Made by a program: the position numbers and the translations under genes
Notes under the pieces: generated by a model
Database searches by the model: none
What the model was told of the DNA's origin: nothing
The model's input: the letters and a program-made list of their open reading frames with translations, nothing else
From: Pocillopora damicornis
Taxonomy: Eukaryota
Reading direction: 5' to 3'
Length of the DNA stretch: 64,000 bases
Assembly: GCF_003704095.1 (NCBI RefSeq)
Contig: NW_020845533.1
Span: 248,001 to 312,000, forward strand
Shown here: positions 1 to 12,656 of the stretch, piece by piece
How the letters are laid out: every line of letters starts with the position of its first letter
Numbering within the stretch: position 1 is the first letter of the stretch

Positions 1-409
1 AAGTAGCCTAGCCACTCGTCCGTTACGTAGCAAAGTCTTGCTCCTCGTTTTACCATCTCTCGTTAATCTGCATGAACCTTTTTTTGAAAAGGAATTCCAG
101 ATTTAACCGGAGCAGGCGGCTGTTTTTGACCAGATTGTTGTGCCTATGCGTGTGTGGCCAGGTTTCTGAGTTGTTTTATAAAATGGTGGCGCACGTGCCT
201 CAGTAGTTGAATGTATAGAACATTTGTGACAATAATCAAGGGTTCGTTTACTCTTAGGAGCCTTTCAGGGCAGCATTTAGTAAATCATAAATCATTTTTA
301 ATGGCGGCAATGAAAAAAATAATATTTCCTAGAGTATACTTCTCCCTTTAAGGTTTATTTAAGGGTTCAGCCTCGCGTTCATCCTCTCCTGTCAAGCTAT
401 GCTAAGTTT

Positions 410-600
410 GAAGGAAACTGTGTCGCTGCGTCGGCGGGAGAGTATAACAGGGTAATTTGGTAATTTGGATCGTGTGTGCCTTCCACAATTCCTCCTTTTG
501 TGCTGACGAAGGGCTAGCGCTCGAAACGGCAGCTCGAATCTCTTTACGGTGACCAATTTACGTTATCAACTCAGTTGATAATGCCAAATTACCCTGTTAT
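410..600. mobile_element. Penelope-like (PLE) terminal-repeat fragment with an inverted partial copy and a decayed hammerhead motif
   Basis: CTGACGAAGGGCTAGCGCTCGAAACGGCAGC at 503-533. Downstream sequence is shared with 3911-4060 and 28157-28409, and an inverted partial copy lies at about 410-460. Confidence 0.65.
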
Positions 601-814
601 TCCATGTTCATTCATATAGGAAGCGTTATCGCTGCAGAGCCGAATGTAGTTGTCTTGACCAATATCAAAACTTTACAACTTCACATCTTGGCCGGGTATA
701 ACTCTTCTTTGATCTTGTATCAAAATTGATTCAACACCAATGGTCGTGTTTCTACGTTTTTCTTTTAAAAATGAAGTTTGAGTTCAGGCTCTAAATAGAG
801 AAAGTCTTTCGGGG

Positions 815-3800
815 TCAAAATTGAGTCACAGTGCTTTCTTGGATCCTTTCATTTTCTTCCATTCGTGAGACTCGCCGATTGACGTGCAACTCAATGGGTT
901 CTTCGATGACACAGCTTCCTTCGCGCATGCGCACATGCTCGTGACTATGTAGACTGCTATCCTCACTTTTCTTGGATAGCACTTCATCACGTGATCGCCT
1001 TCTTGCGCCTTGGATGACAAGATGAATGAAGAGCAAGAGTGAAAAGACTGCAACTGCTAGAACGGGCATCAGGACTGAAACGTTCACACAGCCAGTTGTG
1101 GGGTCACCTTTCAATTAATTGGAAAATGCTCTGGTAAATAAATGAATGATTACGATAAGGTGCAAAAAGCCGGAGCTTACAATCCCAGTTTCTGTAGAAT
1201 TAGGAGACTACAATCTTAGACACAAGTATTGGAAAGCTAAGAAAATATTTTGTTCGGATAATTTTTCGATTGGGTGTTGAAAAACCAAACCAAAGTAATC
1301 ACAATTGGCCAATGGGAATTTACAGTAAAACTAAGCAAACTGATAAAAGCGCGGGAAAACGCGGATGACTAAATCGCGATTGGCTTTCGTTTTCTTTACG
1401 TATTCCTTACAAAAACCCTTCCAACTTTTCGAGTTCCAGTTCTTGTCGGTAGCTAGTTTTTAAGATATACGCAAACAATAAATGGAGCCTTCACATAGCG
1501 AATACGCTGTTGCCTAGAAGAGCTCCATATTTTTCGGTTTCTTCCTCCTAATCGCTCCAGGCCCTTTTGTTTTTATACAAAATTCAAGTTATTCTCCATG
1601 CTTACCCGGTGTACTCGTTACTTGTACCAGAGAGATCCTGCACAAACCACTGGACATTCCGTTGGTAACATTACACTCGTACGTTCCAAAATCAGAATCT
1701 TTCTCCGGTGTTACAACCAAGACGCCATCAAATGCTTGCACATTTGGAGATTGCGTGACAGTTTGGTTGTCTTTTGTCCAAAAATACTCCAGTATAGAGC
1801 CGGCTGAGGTGGTAGTTGCATAGCAACCAAGGTTCACCGGCTGTCTAACAAATGTTGTGACTTCTTGTCGTGTAAGATTCACGTCGAGTATTAGCGCCTC
1901 TGATTGAAGAAGTAAAAAAAAGATTGAGTATAAGGCCAGACTTACATGAAATTACCAAGATCTAAGAATGGTTTCGTAATACAGTTAGCAGTAAGGTCCA
2001 ATTGGATGTACGTGGCATGGGTTCCAGTGTCATATTTTGCTTTGATTCTTCTCTCAAGATTTACCTCTTTCTTTTTCAGTTTTTTTCGAAAATAAGTTTT
2101 TCTCCTGAGGATTAATTCGCCCGTTATCGTTACTCTTGGGTCAATATGATTTACTTTAATATTATACGCGATAAAACTGTATACTTTGAAATGTACTATC
2201 TACAAACCACAAATATGGTCTAATTAACTAAACGTGTTTTATTCAAAACGTGCATTTTAACTCAATGAATGCCAGTATGTTTGGTCATGGCAATGAAGTC
2301 GCTGAAGGATACTTCATTCTGTTAGAACCAAGCATCAGAGGGCACTATGCCTCATGGGATGCTTTTAAGGATCTAAATAAACTCCCACAATTATTCCAAA
2401 ATTATTTTAAGAGATGATTTTATTCATATTTCATCATTTCGATAAACGTTGGAATCTTGAGCAAGATTACGTAGTCTTGCAATTTTATATGAATGAACTA
2501 ATCGCGAAGCTTCTTTAGTGCGGCACGCGTTTTCAAGGGTTTTTGCAAATGGATGTGATTATCCTAGCAAATGATAAATCGTTCTATAGTGGTAGAGGGC
2601 TCGATAATTTTGCATACGTGAACTTTCGTAGGCTAGCAAATATACAAAAATATATTAAAACTGTCTGTAACCATTAATTGTTGCTTAACAGTCGACAGAC
2701 TGTCTAAATCTCGCCCATAAACGATCTTACTACCCACTAGTTGTGGTATTTTATGCATGAAGTATTTTTTTGTGCTAAGAAAAATGAAAAACAATAGACT
2801 AAAGCAATTTTTTGTCTTGGATTCTTCAAAATTTTTCTTTATCTCTGTTGTGTTGTGTACCATAGAGAAGCTATTTAAATCGAGACAAAAACCATATCAA
2901 GGTTAATCTTGAAAGGTTTTTTGGTTTTTGGTTTTTGAAAGAAAACTGGCATTCGATGTTATGCAATTAACACGGTATTGACTTCGTTAATCAATACTCA
3001 GAAAATGCTCGCACAACATCAGCTCTAAAACATTTGTCAAACACAAAAACAGCATCCTGTATATACGTTTTACCAAAATTTGAAGCCTTGTCTTATATCA
3101 AGTTGTTGAAAAGAAAAATATTCGTTTAATCTGCCTTCTACATAAACGTTGAACATTATCCTAATAAGAGAACAAAAAGCAGTAAAATTAAGTTGCGAAA
3201 TTTTAAATCCTTTAATTGTTAAAGAAATAATTAAACCCGAGAGTCATCAAATTAAAAGGCTGACTAACTCCGATTACAATCCATTCTCTTCGTGGAATGT
3301 TGTATAAAGCACCTAAAAAGTAATCCTTGTTTTTCTGTTTTATAGTATGTGTGTGTGTGTGAGATTCTACTTCTTTAGTTTAAGACTTACTGAGAACTGA
3401 AATTAATCTTTAAGTATTTACTAAAACCAGAATTACATCTATAAACGAGACGAACTTTAAAGATGTTTCAATAAAGTTCCGGAACGCAGATAAAACGCGA
3501 ATCACACTCGATCAACATTTTAAATATTTGACACGCGCGAACAAGAATTCAGCAGTAAACATTCGAAGCTTTCATGTTAATACAGTCTTTACTACTTTCT
3601 GTAAATTTTTCCTCTGTTTTTCCTCTCAAAATTATGTTTTTAATGTTTAAACTATATACAAATACTAACAACTGCTGAAGATGTTACTGAGATTTGTCAA
3701 TAATTGTAGACAAAGAGAGATGTAAGTCGTCTGTGACGATTCGAACTCAAGGCAGGTCTGAATTCGTGTTTCTTATGCTGTACCGACTGAGCTGCGGAGA

Positions 3801-4236
3801 ATCTTTTAACAAGCTATTTTAAAGTTTAATTTGGTTTTACTTACTGAGCTGATAAAGTAAATAGTCTCTAAAGCTGACATTTTGTATGTTAGTCCTTCGT
3901 TCGAATATTCGCTTCGACGAAGGGCTAATGCTCGAAACGTCAGCTTTACAAACTCTTAAAGGTGGCCAATTTAAATGATCAACTCAGTTGTTAAAACCAA
4001 ATTATCTTGTAATATCCTCTACCGTCACAGCACCACAGTTTCTTTAGAAACTTACCTCCCTTCTTGTGTGGGAAGAATTAACATGGATGCTTGAACTGGT
4101 TTATCATAAACAAGTCAACTGTACAGAAAATAGAATCATTGATATACTACTCACCATTGCACACAGCAGATATGACGAGTAAAAACGTCACCTTCAACCC
4201 ACATGAATAGCAAAAACAAGCTCCAAAATTCGCCAT
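815..4236 (-). CDS. Single Ig-domain (I-set-like) type I transmembrane protein, short-tailed paralog, 222 aa, 3 exons
   Basis: Exons: 4155-4236 (MANFGACFCYSCGLKVTFLLVISAVCN, signal-peptide-like, donor GTGAGT), 1606-1899 (Ig: C..W..DxGxYxC, acceptor TCAG, donor GTAAGC) and 815-1107 (TM LMPVLAVAVFSLLLFIHLVI plus tail ending TQF*). Both introns are phase 1 and the total is 669 nt in frame. Confidence 0.85.
3727..3798 (-). mobile_element. Degenerate tRNA-derived SINE head or tRNA pseudogene
   Basis: Minus strand has an A-box-like GCAGCTCAGTCGGT and a B-box GAGTTCGAATC, but no intact cloverleaf. Confidence 0.5.
3860..4060 (+). mobile_element. PLE terminal-repeat fragment, same family as 410-600
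   Basis: GACGAAGGGCTAATGCTCGAAACGTCAGC...GGTGGCCAATTT...CAGCACCACAGTTTCTTTAGAAAC. Confidence 0.7.
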
Positions 4237-6039
4237 TATAGTTTTCTTTACTTTCTATCAGTTAAGGAAGTTTTACACGACAGGAAACAGGCAACTAGCT
4301 ACGAAGGTCAAAACGCTCGGTATGGTTTCTCGATATTTTGTATTGAAGCAAGCACTTGTTCGATGACAACACGTCTCGCTAATGGAAGCAACGAGACTGG
4401 ACTCTAAAATGCCTAATTATTTCATACAGATTGATACAATCGATATAAACGAGCGCATGAGAGAGATATTTCGATATCAACTTCACAACAGCCGCAACTT
4501 CGCGGTTTAAATGCGTAAAAATCGTATATTTCAACGCCTCCTCGGGCGGTTTATATATCTTACGTCCAATAATTAAATTAGGGAAAAGACCATTCTTGAA
4601 TTTTTATGGCCAACACACGCAGCTGTTTGACTTTCTTCAGTAGAACGTGACAATATTACGTGATTATGGAATTACATCACAACCCAAGTTATAATTAACT
4701 GCACGTCACTTTCGAGCCTTTTCACGGTATTGTTGTAATTATGTTGGTTTTGCAGTCGATGAGCCAATGAAACGCTTTATTAGTTCGAGTTGCGGGCATA
4801 TTAAAGTTAGATTGGTGGCACTGTGTAGATAAAACATTTGGAAAAGCTAGGAAACATACAGAAATTAAAATGTCTTGACATCAAAGGCTTCTCTCGATTT
4901 CGTCAAATAGCTTTGCTTTAGCACTGTAATGCTTTTCCATCTCTCGATATAAGATAGAAAACTCCTTTGCGAAGCCGGCTCCAATATAAAACAATCATAA
5001 TATTATTAGATCAATACAACACATAAACTCCTGTATGTTTTACGTTTCTGGGTCTTTCTCTTAATCAAACAAATTACTGTTAAGAAGAAAGCCAGGAGCA
5101 AAGCGACGAAGCATTTGTGAGGACAGTACGAGTTCGTTAACTTGCCTTTACGGTTTTCATTTCCCAGAGCGTTTAAGATGTTTGCTAGAGTAGTCATGAA
5201 AAAAAGGTATGTGTGTAATTTCAATATATCACTGAATTAGCAGATTCGTTGCAAAATGTTATTTGCCACGCTGAAGGGTTTTGCAAACCAAATCTAGGGA
5301 AAGGGTGGGTAATTAAGCATAGTTAGATATCGTAGATCAGCGTAATGTTGTTATGTTTTCTTAGTGCAAAAATCACTAGTTCTAAATTATCCATAGTGCA
5401 GAGATCTAGTTCTAATCTTTCAACTTTGCTACAGAAATTTACTGTTCTGAAATAATCATAAGCAAAAGTTTTACCTCCGTTTGAAGAGTTTTATAGTAGA
5501 ATATTTGCTATTTTTACAGTATTAATGAGACTATAGTAGTTCTAAATTAGATATTGTAAGAATTTTCTTAGAATTGAAATATCTCGATCGAGAAAGAAAA
5601 CACGTATATTTCACGAGTGTTTGGCCTTCTATGAGTGACGAGGCTAAAATTATGGAAAATTATCTCGTAAACCAGATTTTGATATTGGAATAATTAGTTT
5701 CTATCATGACTAATTTCCGTCATCAAGTTGAGTTGCATTAATGATTGGTTTTTCCTTTCTTCAAAGATTGTCGAATAGTATTATCTTAAGTACAACTATT
5801 ATTATTGTTTTTGTCATTCAGTATTACGCATCCTGATTGCGTATGACGACATTGGAGGCAAAATGAATGAGCAAGCTTTGATCACCGACTGAAAATGATG
5901 ACAGAGTTGAAATTCATTTTATTTTATTATTATTGTTTTTTTTTTATCTCGCTGGAGGTAAAATGAAACAGATACAATTTTGCTTTACTGAAAAGTTTCC
6001 CAAAACCTTCCTCTGTCATTTAAATTTTCAGTAAGTTGG

Positions 6040-6335
6040 CTGATAGGCTCTATGTGTTCATGCATCTGTTTAGTGATGGATGACATACGACATCAAAATG
6101 TGGTAAGAACGAAGAAGAGGTATTCGAGGAGCAGCCAAGTGTGTCCTTGCTTTTTTACCACAATTAGATGCCATCTGTTATCTATTACTTTCCAAACCGA
6201 CGGCAACATATAATCCACTTTTTTCAATATGATAACAAAATTAAATGTTGTCAGTGGTGACGTCATCTATGCGTCTGACTTCGAGATTATAGGTAGGAAA
6301 CGATCAAAATGTGTATATTATTCAGCTTATCATGT
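6040..6335. repeat. Interspersed repeat, homologous to 21015-21310
   Basis: Shared segments such as GACATCAAAATGTG, CATCTATGCGTCTG and ATCTATTACT...CGGCAAC. Confidence 0.6.
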
Positions 6336-7004
6336 GAAATACATCTTGATAACAAAGTGATTCTTACACGATCCACCAACGATTAGTTACTACCAGGACG
6401 TTTCTTGTCATCGCTTTCTAATAAGGGATACAGCCTGACGATTAAAATGATCGAGTGAAGTGATCGGAGCATGCGCTCTAAAATTGCCGCTATGCATAAA
6501 CAACCGCATGCTTGTAACTCGCGAGAAATTTACGCTTGTAAAGGAATGGGAACGACAAAATTTCGATAGTAACACTATCAAGCTAAAATTGCGGCATTTT
6601 TAAAATTCCCGTCGCCTGTCTTCATTTCGTGGGAATAAGTCCAAACCAAAACAGATAAGGTAACCGTATTCAGCAAAGTTTCTGTCGAACCTCCTCCGTC
6701 ACACATCTCACTCAACAAAATAAAGTATTTCGGCAACAGGCGTGAATTTAGTGACTGAAGTTGAGCAGCCGTAACATGGCTGTTGTCTCGGCGGAAAAAC
6801 CCGTGTCAGCTTATGTTTGCGGAAGAAAAATCGCAACCCTGGACGCTCAAATTACTCGAGTAATGTAGCATGCGCACTCATTTTGCCGCTGTGCCACTGT
6901 GTCTTTGTGTTACACGCGTGCGATCATGCGAATTTAGGATGACATTCAACAATAATAAACTTTTGCGCACAACTATGATTCACAAACAGAACGTCAAAAT
7001 CAGA

Positions 7005-7215
7005 TTAACCCTTTCACTGCCAAGATCTCATTGTTAATTCTACTCTCTAGCAGCTACGTATTTCCGTGTCACTTATTTAAAAGAGTTTGGTGGTAAATCA
7101 AAAAAAAAAATCTTCATGATAAGTTTGAGCATTCTCATCAACTGTTTGCTGGATAATGTATGGATATTATTGGAAGAAATTACATGTTAATCACTTCTGG
7201 AAGTAAAAGGGTGAA
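7005..7215. mobile_element. piggyBac-type MITE
   Basis: TTAA-CCCTTT left end and AAAGGG right end, about 210 bp; member of a family with many copies in this window. Confidence 0.75.
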
Positions 7216-7519
7216 ACGAAGTTATTTTGAAGTTATTTTGTTAAGTAATCAGAAGTTCAATCATTTTTGCCAACATCTGTGTTGCAAACTTTGCATGCTA
7301 CAGTTCTAGTCTCAACCCCAGGAGTAAAAAAAATTCACAATTTTTCCTCACCATATCACTGTATTTCAAGCAGAAAGATTGTGAGAAAAGCGAGAACAAT
7401 CAGTTTGAAACTATAGATTGATCTCATGTTAAATTCTCAGAGTTAAAATAGAACGAAATATATGGCAAACAGCAGGAAGAAGTAATATTGGAATTCAGGG
7501 GAGCTAATAGCGTCATGAC

Positions 7520-7672
7520 TGAAAATATATGAAAATTATATATGGAAATGAATATGAAAGTGATCTTTGCAGTAATGAACACTAACTTAGCAGTAGTGAA
7601 AATAAGACCTAAAAAAATTCAGGCTTTAACGGGATTTTAACCCATGACCTCTGCGATACCGGTACAGTGCAG
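7520..7672 (-). mobile_element. tRNA-derived SINE fragment
   Basis: Minus strand reads GCACTGTACCGGTATCGCAGAGGTCATGGGTTAAAATCCCG (B-box-like), followed by CACTACTGCTAAG...GATCACTTTCATATT. Confidence 0.55.
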
Positions 7673-10111
7673 TGTTGAGTGCAGCATTATGCATCTAAGC
7701 TGGTCTGTTGAAAAAAAAAATGCACTATTCCATTCTGTCCGGAAAAACCGGATGTCATTTCTTATACAAATTCATCAGCAAATGTACAGAATGCAGTGAA
7801 TGTTTTGTATTATTACATTTCCCAAGTAGTTGTCTGGTGGTAGCTTTGAAGAAAGAGGGATGTGTTTTACTTGTAATTTACCGATTGTTGATTGTTTTGT
7901 AATCATTGTTTTTATGTCTAGTCAAGTACTCAATGTCTCGTACTGCAGGTCAAAAGAATGTTTTGTTACTCCTTAAGCCCTAGAGCTCTCAGAGAACAAA
8001 GCTGACCGTTTCCCTCGGGATAAGGCATCAAGTGCGTAATATTGTAAGAAGAAGTCAAACATGCTACACTTCTTAGAGAATTGGCATAAAAATCCAAAAC
8101 ATCCAGGAAAGATGTCTACTTTTTCCCTCTTGGACTCAAGAGGGAGCATTTTTCCATACCGATCAAATTCTTCTACACGTGACCTTTTTCCACCAATGAA
8201 AACAGGCAATGCTTTATCAGTATTCTATTACAGCTGATATGTGTAATCTTTTTGTAAGTTATTTACACTGTACTGCTGGTGTTGAGCTTGTCGATCTTGC
8301 AACCGTTGGAGAACACCATGGATGCTTTCAGGACGTGTTTATGTTACACAGTTATTCTTCACAGTTGTATTAAGCTTGCGTCTGCGGTTGGTGAGTTGAT
8401 CTGAAATGCGTTAGCTTGGATTTAAGGGGGTTTTTTCGATGATATGGATCTAAGAGTGAGAATATTGTCAAGCAAACTTGAAAACACGTGCGAGATAGCA
8501 CGATAATCAACATTTACCGAGATCAGTAACCAACAGCTCATTTGGTTCAGAATAGCATACCAACTAATCCTCACAAAAGCTGACTTTAACTAAAGTTTTT
8601 CAAAAGATTTCGAGTCACATTTTTGCGAATTGGAGACCTAAATATCCTTGTTATATTATAATTTTCTAATATTGTTATTCTCACTGATCAGATTTTGGGT
8701 AAAAATGTTGGAACTATAATAATAATAATAATAATGACTTTATTGGATAACACAATTACCGGTAAATCCAGAAGTTCTCATTGTGGTCCACTAAACTAAC
8801 ATTGTTTATCATATAAAAGTTTTACTCAATATCTTGAATTCTTTTCTTCAGTTTAGAAACAGAAACTGCTGCTATTAAAGCTATGGACCTTAGACAGAAA
8901 GTATTTTGAAAATCTCTCTGTGATAATATTTCAGTAATTCCCCTAAATTCAATTGCAGCTAGCACCACTTACTTTCAGTGGCTAGTTTGAAGCTCAGTTT
9001 GTGTGGGAAATTTTTGAATAAGCAGAAATCTTCCTCACTACTTGAAATCTGACTTTTGTATTAAGTTATTTTAATGTACGAAAAGTTTTGTATTTTTAAT
9101 TGTCGATAGGATGTTTATTTTAGAATTTTTAACCCTAGTAATGTATATTTATTTAACTTTTGAACTTTTATGACACCGTTTTTTTGGTCTTTTCATAGTG
9201 TAATGAGCGATACAAATTCATGAATGTCTTTACTTTACTCCTGTAATCCTTTTTTAAAAAACCTTTACCAACATACTTACTAAGATAGAAGAATTACTAA
9301 CGCCGAGTTTAAAGTGAATGCAAAGTGAAGAAAAATTGGCAATGAAACCTGCAGGAGCCACAGCTTACTCAGCCCTTTTTTATTTTATTTTCGAGAATGA
9401 CATGATGTGATTCATGTATCTAGATAGTCAGTGAAGAACGTGAGAATTTCATAATATAACTTTCCTCGCTAATACACCGAATGTGGCGATTTTTCGGTGT
9501 TTGTTTTACTAAGGATCAGATCAGGAACTGTTCAAAGTTCAAACCCACGTGAGCAGCACTGTTACTTCACGCTTTTGTCGTTGTCAAGGTTATAAATTAC
9601 TGACTAGGTCACGTGAATAACATGTGGCCAATCGGCCTAAACGCAGTTGGCTTTCTGCACTATCCGTCCACGTGGATGCACTGTGGCTGATATGGCATCT
9701 GAAGAGATTCGCACTTAACTTTTCCTTTACTGTTAAGAAAGTTGACCTTGGCAAATATTTTTGGCAATGAGGCTTTTGGTCGGTGAAATACCTCATTTGT
9801 TTAGATTTATAGATGCTTTGGCAACCCCTAGCAATAATGATTAAAACACAAAGACGCCAATTTAAAATAGCAGGCTGACTCGTTGTTTGTCAAGCTGTAT
9901 GAAAAATTTAGCCTTTCTTGGCACGCTTTTCTCTTTCGAAATACTTGCTCATCTTCTCCATATCCGCAACTATTCAGTGCTAGTCTACCATGACAGGAGT
10001 TATCTTTATGATCGGGAACAATTTTCAATTTAGAGTATAAAGTAATCCGGGATTGCTCTGTCTTTGCTTTACTTCGCTCTGTACTTGGGCTAGGAAACTT
10101 GCGCCGCTCTC

Positions 10112-10324
10112 TTAACCCTTAAACTCCCATGAGTGACCAAGACAGAATTTCTCCTTACAATATCAATACAATATCATGTAGACAAGAGATGAGAATTAAT
10201 ACAAATATCAATCAGGGGGATTATTAGTTGATCCAACACCAAATTCTCCAAGCTAACATCCTAAGAATTGTATGGCAGACAGTAAGGAGAATTACTATTG
10301 AGATCTTGGGAGTTAAAAGGTTAA
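10112..10324. mobile_element. piggyBac-type MITE (full length)
   Basis: TTAA|CCCTTAAACTCCCA ... TGGGAGTTAAAAGG|TTAA: terminal inverted repeats plus TTAA target duplication. Confidence 0.85.
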
Positions 10325-12656
10325 CTAATCAGAGGCAAAAATAAAATTAATCACGTCTCGGTCGCATGAGGTTTCCGCCTCCTCAAGGCATTGTCTCTCA
10401 CTCTGCTTGGCGGTTGTGATGACTTTTGTAATTTGTCCTATGACACTCAATCCGAAAAACACTCTATAATAAATGACTCATTATATTGTGCCGTTGAGAA
10501 AAAAATACGAAAAGAAACTGCGCGATCTTACTCGTCAAGTAGTTTAAATTATTCTTTTAAAAGCAAAGCGAGGCTTACTGTTAAAACTCCTTGGAAGATA
10601 ATTCCAATTACGTCAAAAACGACACTTGAACCCGAGGGCTCCATTCCTTGGAACATTACGGGACTGCTACCAATATTTAAACTGAATGACCAAAACCACC
10701 GTTTGTATGCGGTATATTTTAGTATCGAGCAAGGTCACGACACCCCAAACCCATGATCCTTAAAAGAAATTTTGATGAATAACTCATCGGCGAAACACCA
10801 AATTGACCTATGACTTGGGCAAAACGTTTTTCTACAACTGTTCTCCAATATCTTATATTCTTGGCGTCAGACATGGACCTTAATGGCCTAAGAACAAAAA
10901 CTATGAATAGAATAAGACCTTTGTGCCTCGCCAGTCTTGTCACGAGCGTGAGACAAAGAAAAAAAATCTGAGACCCATGACGAATATTTCCTCGTTCCAC
11001 GCCCGTGAAAAAGACGAAAAACATCTTTCTCAAAAATGATGAACTTTAGAAAGCTGCAGTTTGTTCTAATATTTTGATTCGCTTGGTTTTAAACATTGGT
11101 GTATTCCTGATGAAATTTACCACGATGTGCCCTTATTGTGAAGAATTAAGGATAATATCATGATCAAGCAAATTTAAGTCTATGTCATCTTCATACATAT
11201 TGTTTCAGAAAGAAAAAAAAAGAAATAGTTGTTGGTATCTATGACTGCACTGAAACAATTTTTTAAGTGGCTTTTCTGAGACGAACGTGGGGGAGGGAGG
11301 GGGGTCAAATTGTACACTGATTATCAGGTAATTTTGATAAATCAAGAACGCCCGTATTTCTTTTTGGCAGAAAAAAGTGCGTTCAAATTGTTGGTGTTTT
11401 TTTCTCTCGAAACAACCGTGTTTCATGATGGGTGCCATAGCGAACAAAGGGCCAAATCAGTTTATATCATCAAGCGGAAATTAATTTTGTATCACACTAA
11501 GTATACACATGACGTACTAATTAGTATCATTCAGCTCAACAGTTTCAAAATAGATGGAATTACTTCATCTCCTGTCGTTAGGTTTTACACATTCTTAACT
11601 CTGTTATTTTAGTTTCTTTAACTGAGAACTGTGTTCAAACCGATTCCTGAATAACTCACTTCCCAAATAACTCTCGATAAAATTCTACGAACCAGAAAGG
11701 GATTGAGAGGCAAAGATAAAAAACTTTTTGAGACGATATAAATGACGCTATGGTGGACTTGAAATAGAAGTTTTAAGGAAGTCATGTTACGTCAAGATAT
11801 TTTGGTTCTGTAACTATGACGGGTTAAAATTCCTTAAGTGAAAGAAACCACAAAAAAATAACCTTGGTAAGATGTAGGATGAATATATATAAACCAAGAA
11901 CGAAAGGCAAAGATAGAGGATGGAAGGATGAAGGGTGTACGCTCGAGACGTCAGCTGTAGAAATTCTTTTCGGTAGTCAACTTACATAAGTAACTCACTC
12001 GACTAAAAGTATAACTATAAATGGTTGAAAAGGATTGACATGGATGACAGATAAAGAACCCAGAATTTTTTAAAAGCTAAAAATTTTTAAGCTCCTATTA
12101 AACCTTCCTCTTCATGTTCTGTCGAGGCTGCGACATCTGTATTTGAACAGCTGTGAAACTAAAATAGATAATTGACAAATGATACCATCTCAGGGATAAA
12201 AAGGGAAAGTGTGTTACGTAATCAGCAAGTTTTTGTTATCATATCGATTAAACAGCTTTTATGATATTGTATTACAATCGAACTGAATGAATAATCTCGC
12301 TGTTTTGACACGAAGACTGAAAAGAGCTGTCTGATTACCTCTGTTCTGTCTATTTTCTATGTGAGAGAAATAAATGTCAAATTGTTCATGGCTAAAAAAG
12401 GTGTATAAAACGTGCTCGCTTCAGAACAACTTCTGACTGAGCGAAATATCGAACCTCTCAATATTGAGTAGGATTAGAAGACACTTTTCATATGCAAAAT
12501 TATGTAGATGCTGGAGACCTCTGCCGATCATTATAGACAGTTTGTTAGTCTGGGAAATATATTTATACTTTTCACGCGTCATGTAGTGCGCAAAACTCTG
12601 GCTAATATAAAAATATTATTGTGCACTTCTAACCCCGAGCAACGAGAGGACACATC

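Noticed and set aside
3727-3798. Possible tRNA gene
   Set aside because: A and B boxes are present but acceptor and anticodon stems do not pair; treated as a SINE or pseudogene relic.
7700-8420. Short ORFs between the two Ig genes
   Set aside because: No recognisable motifs or exon boundaries; probably degraded repeat DNA.
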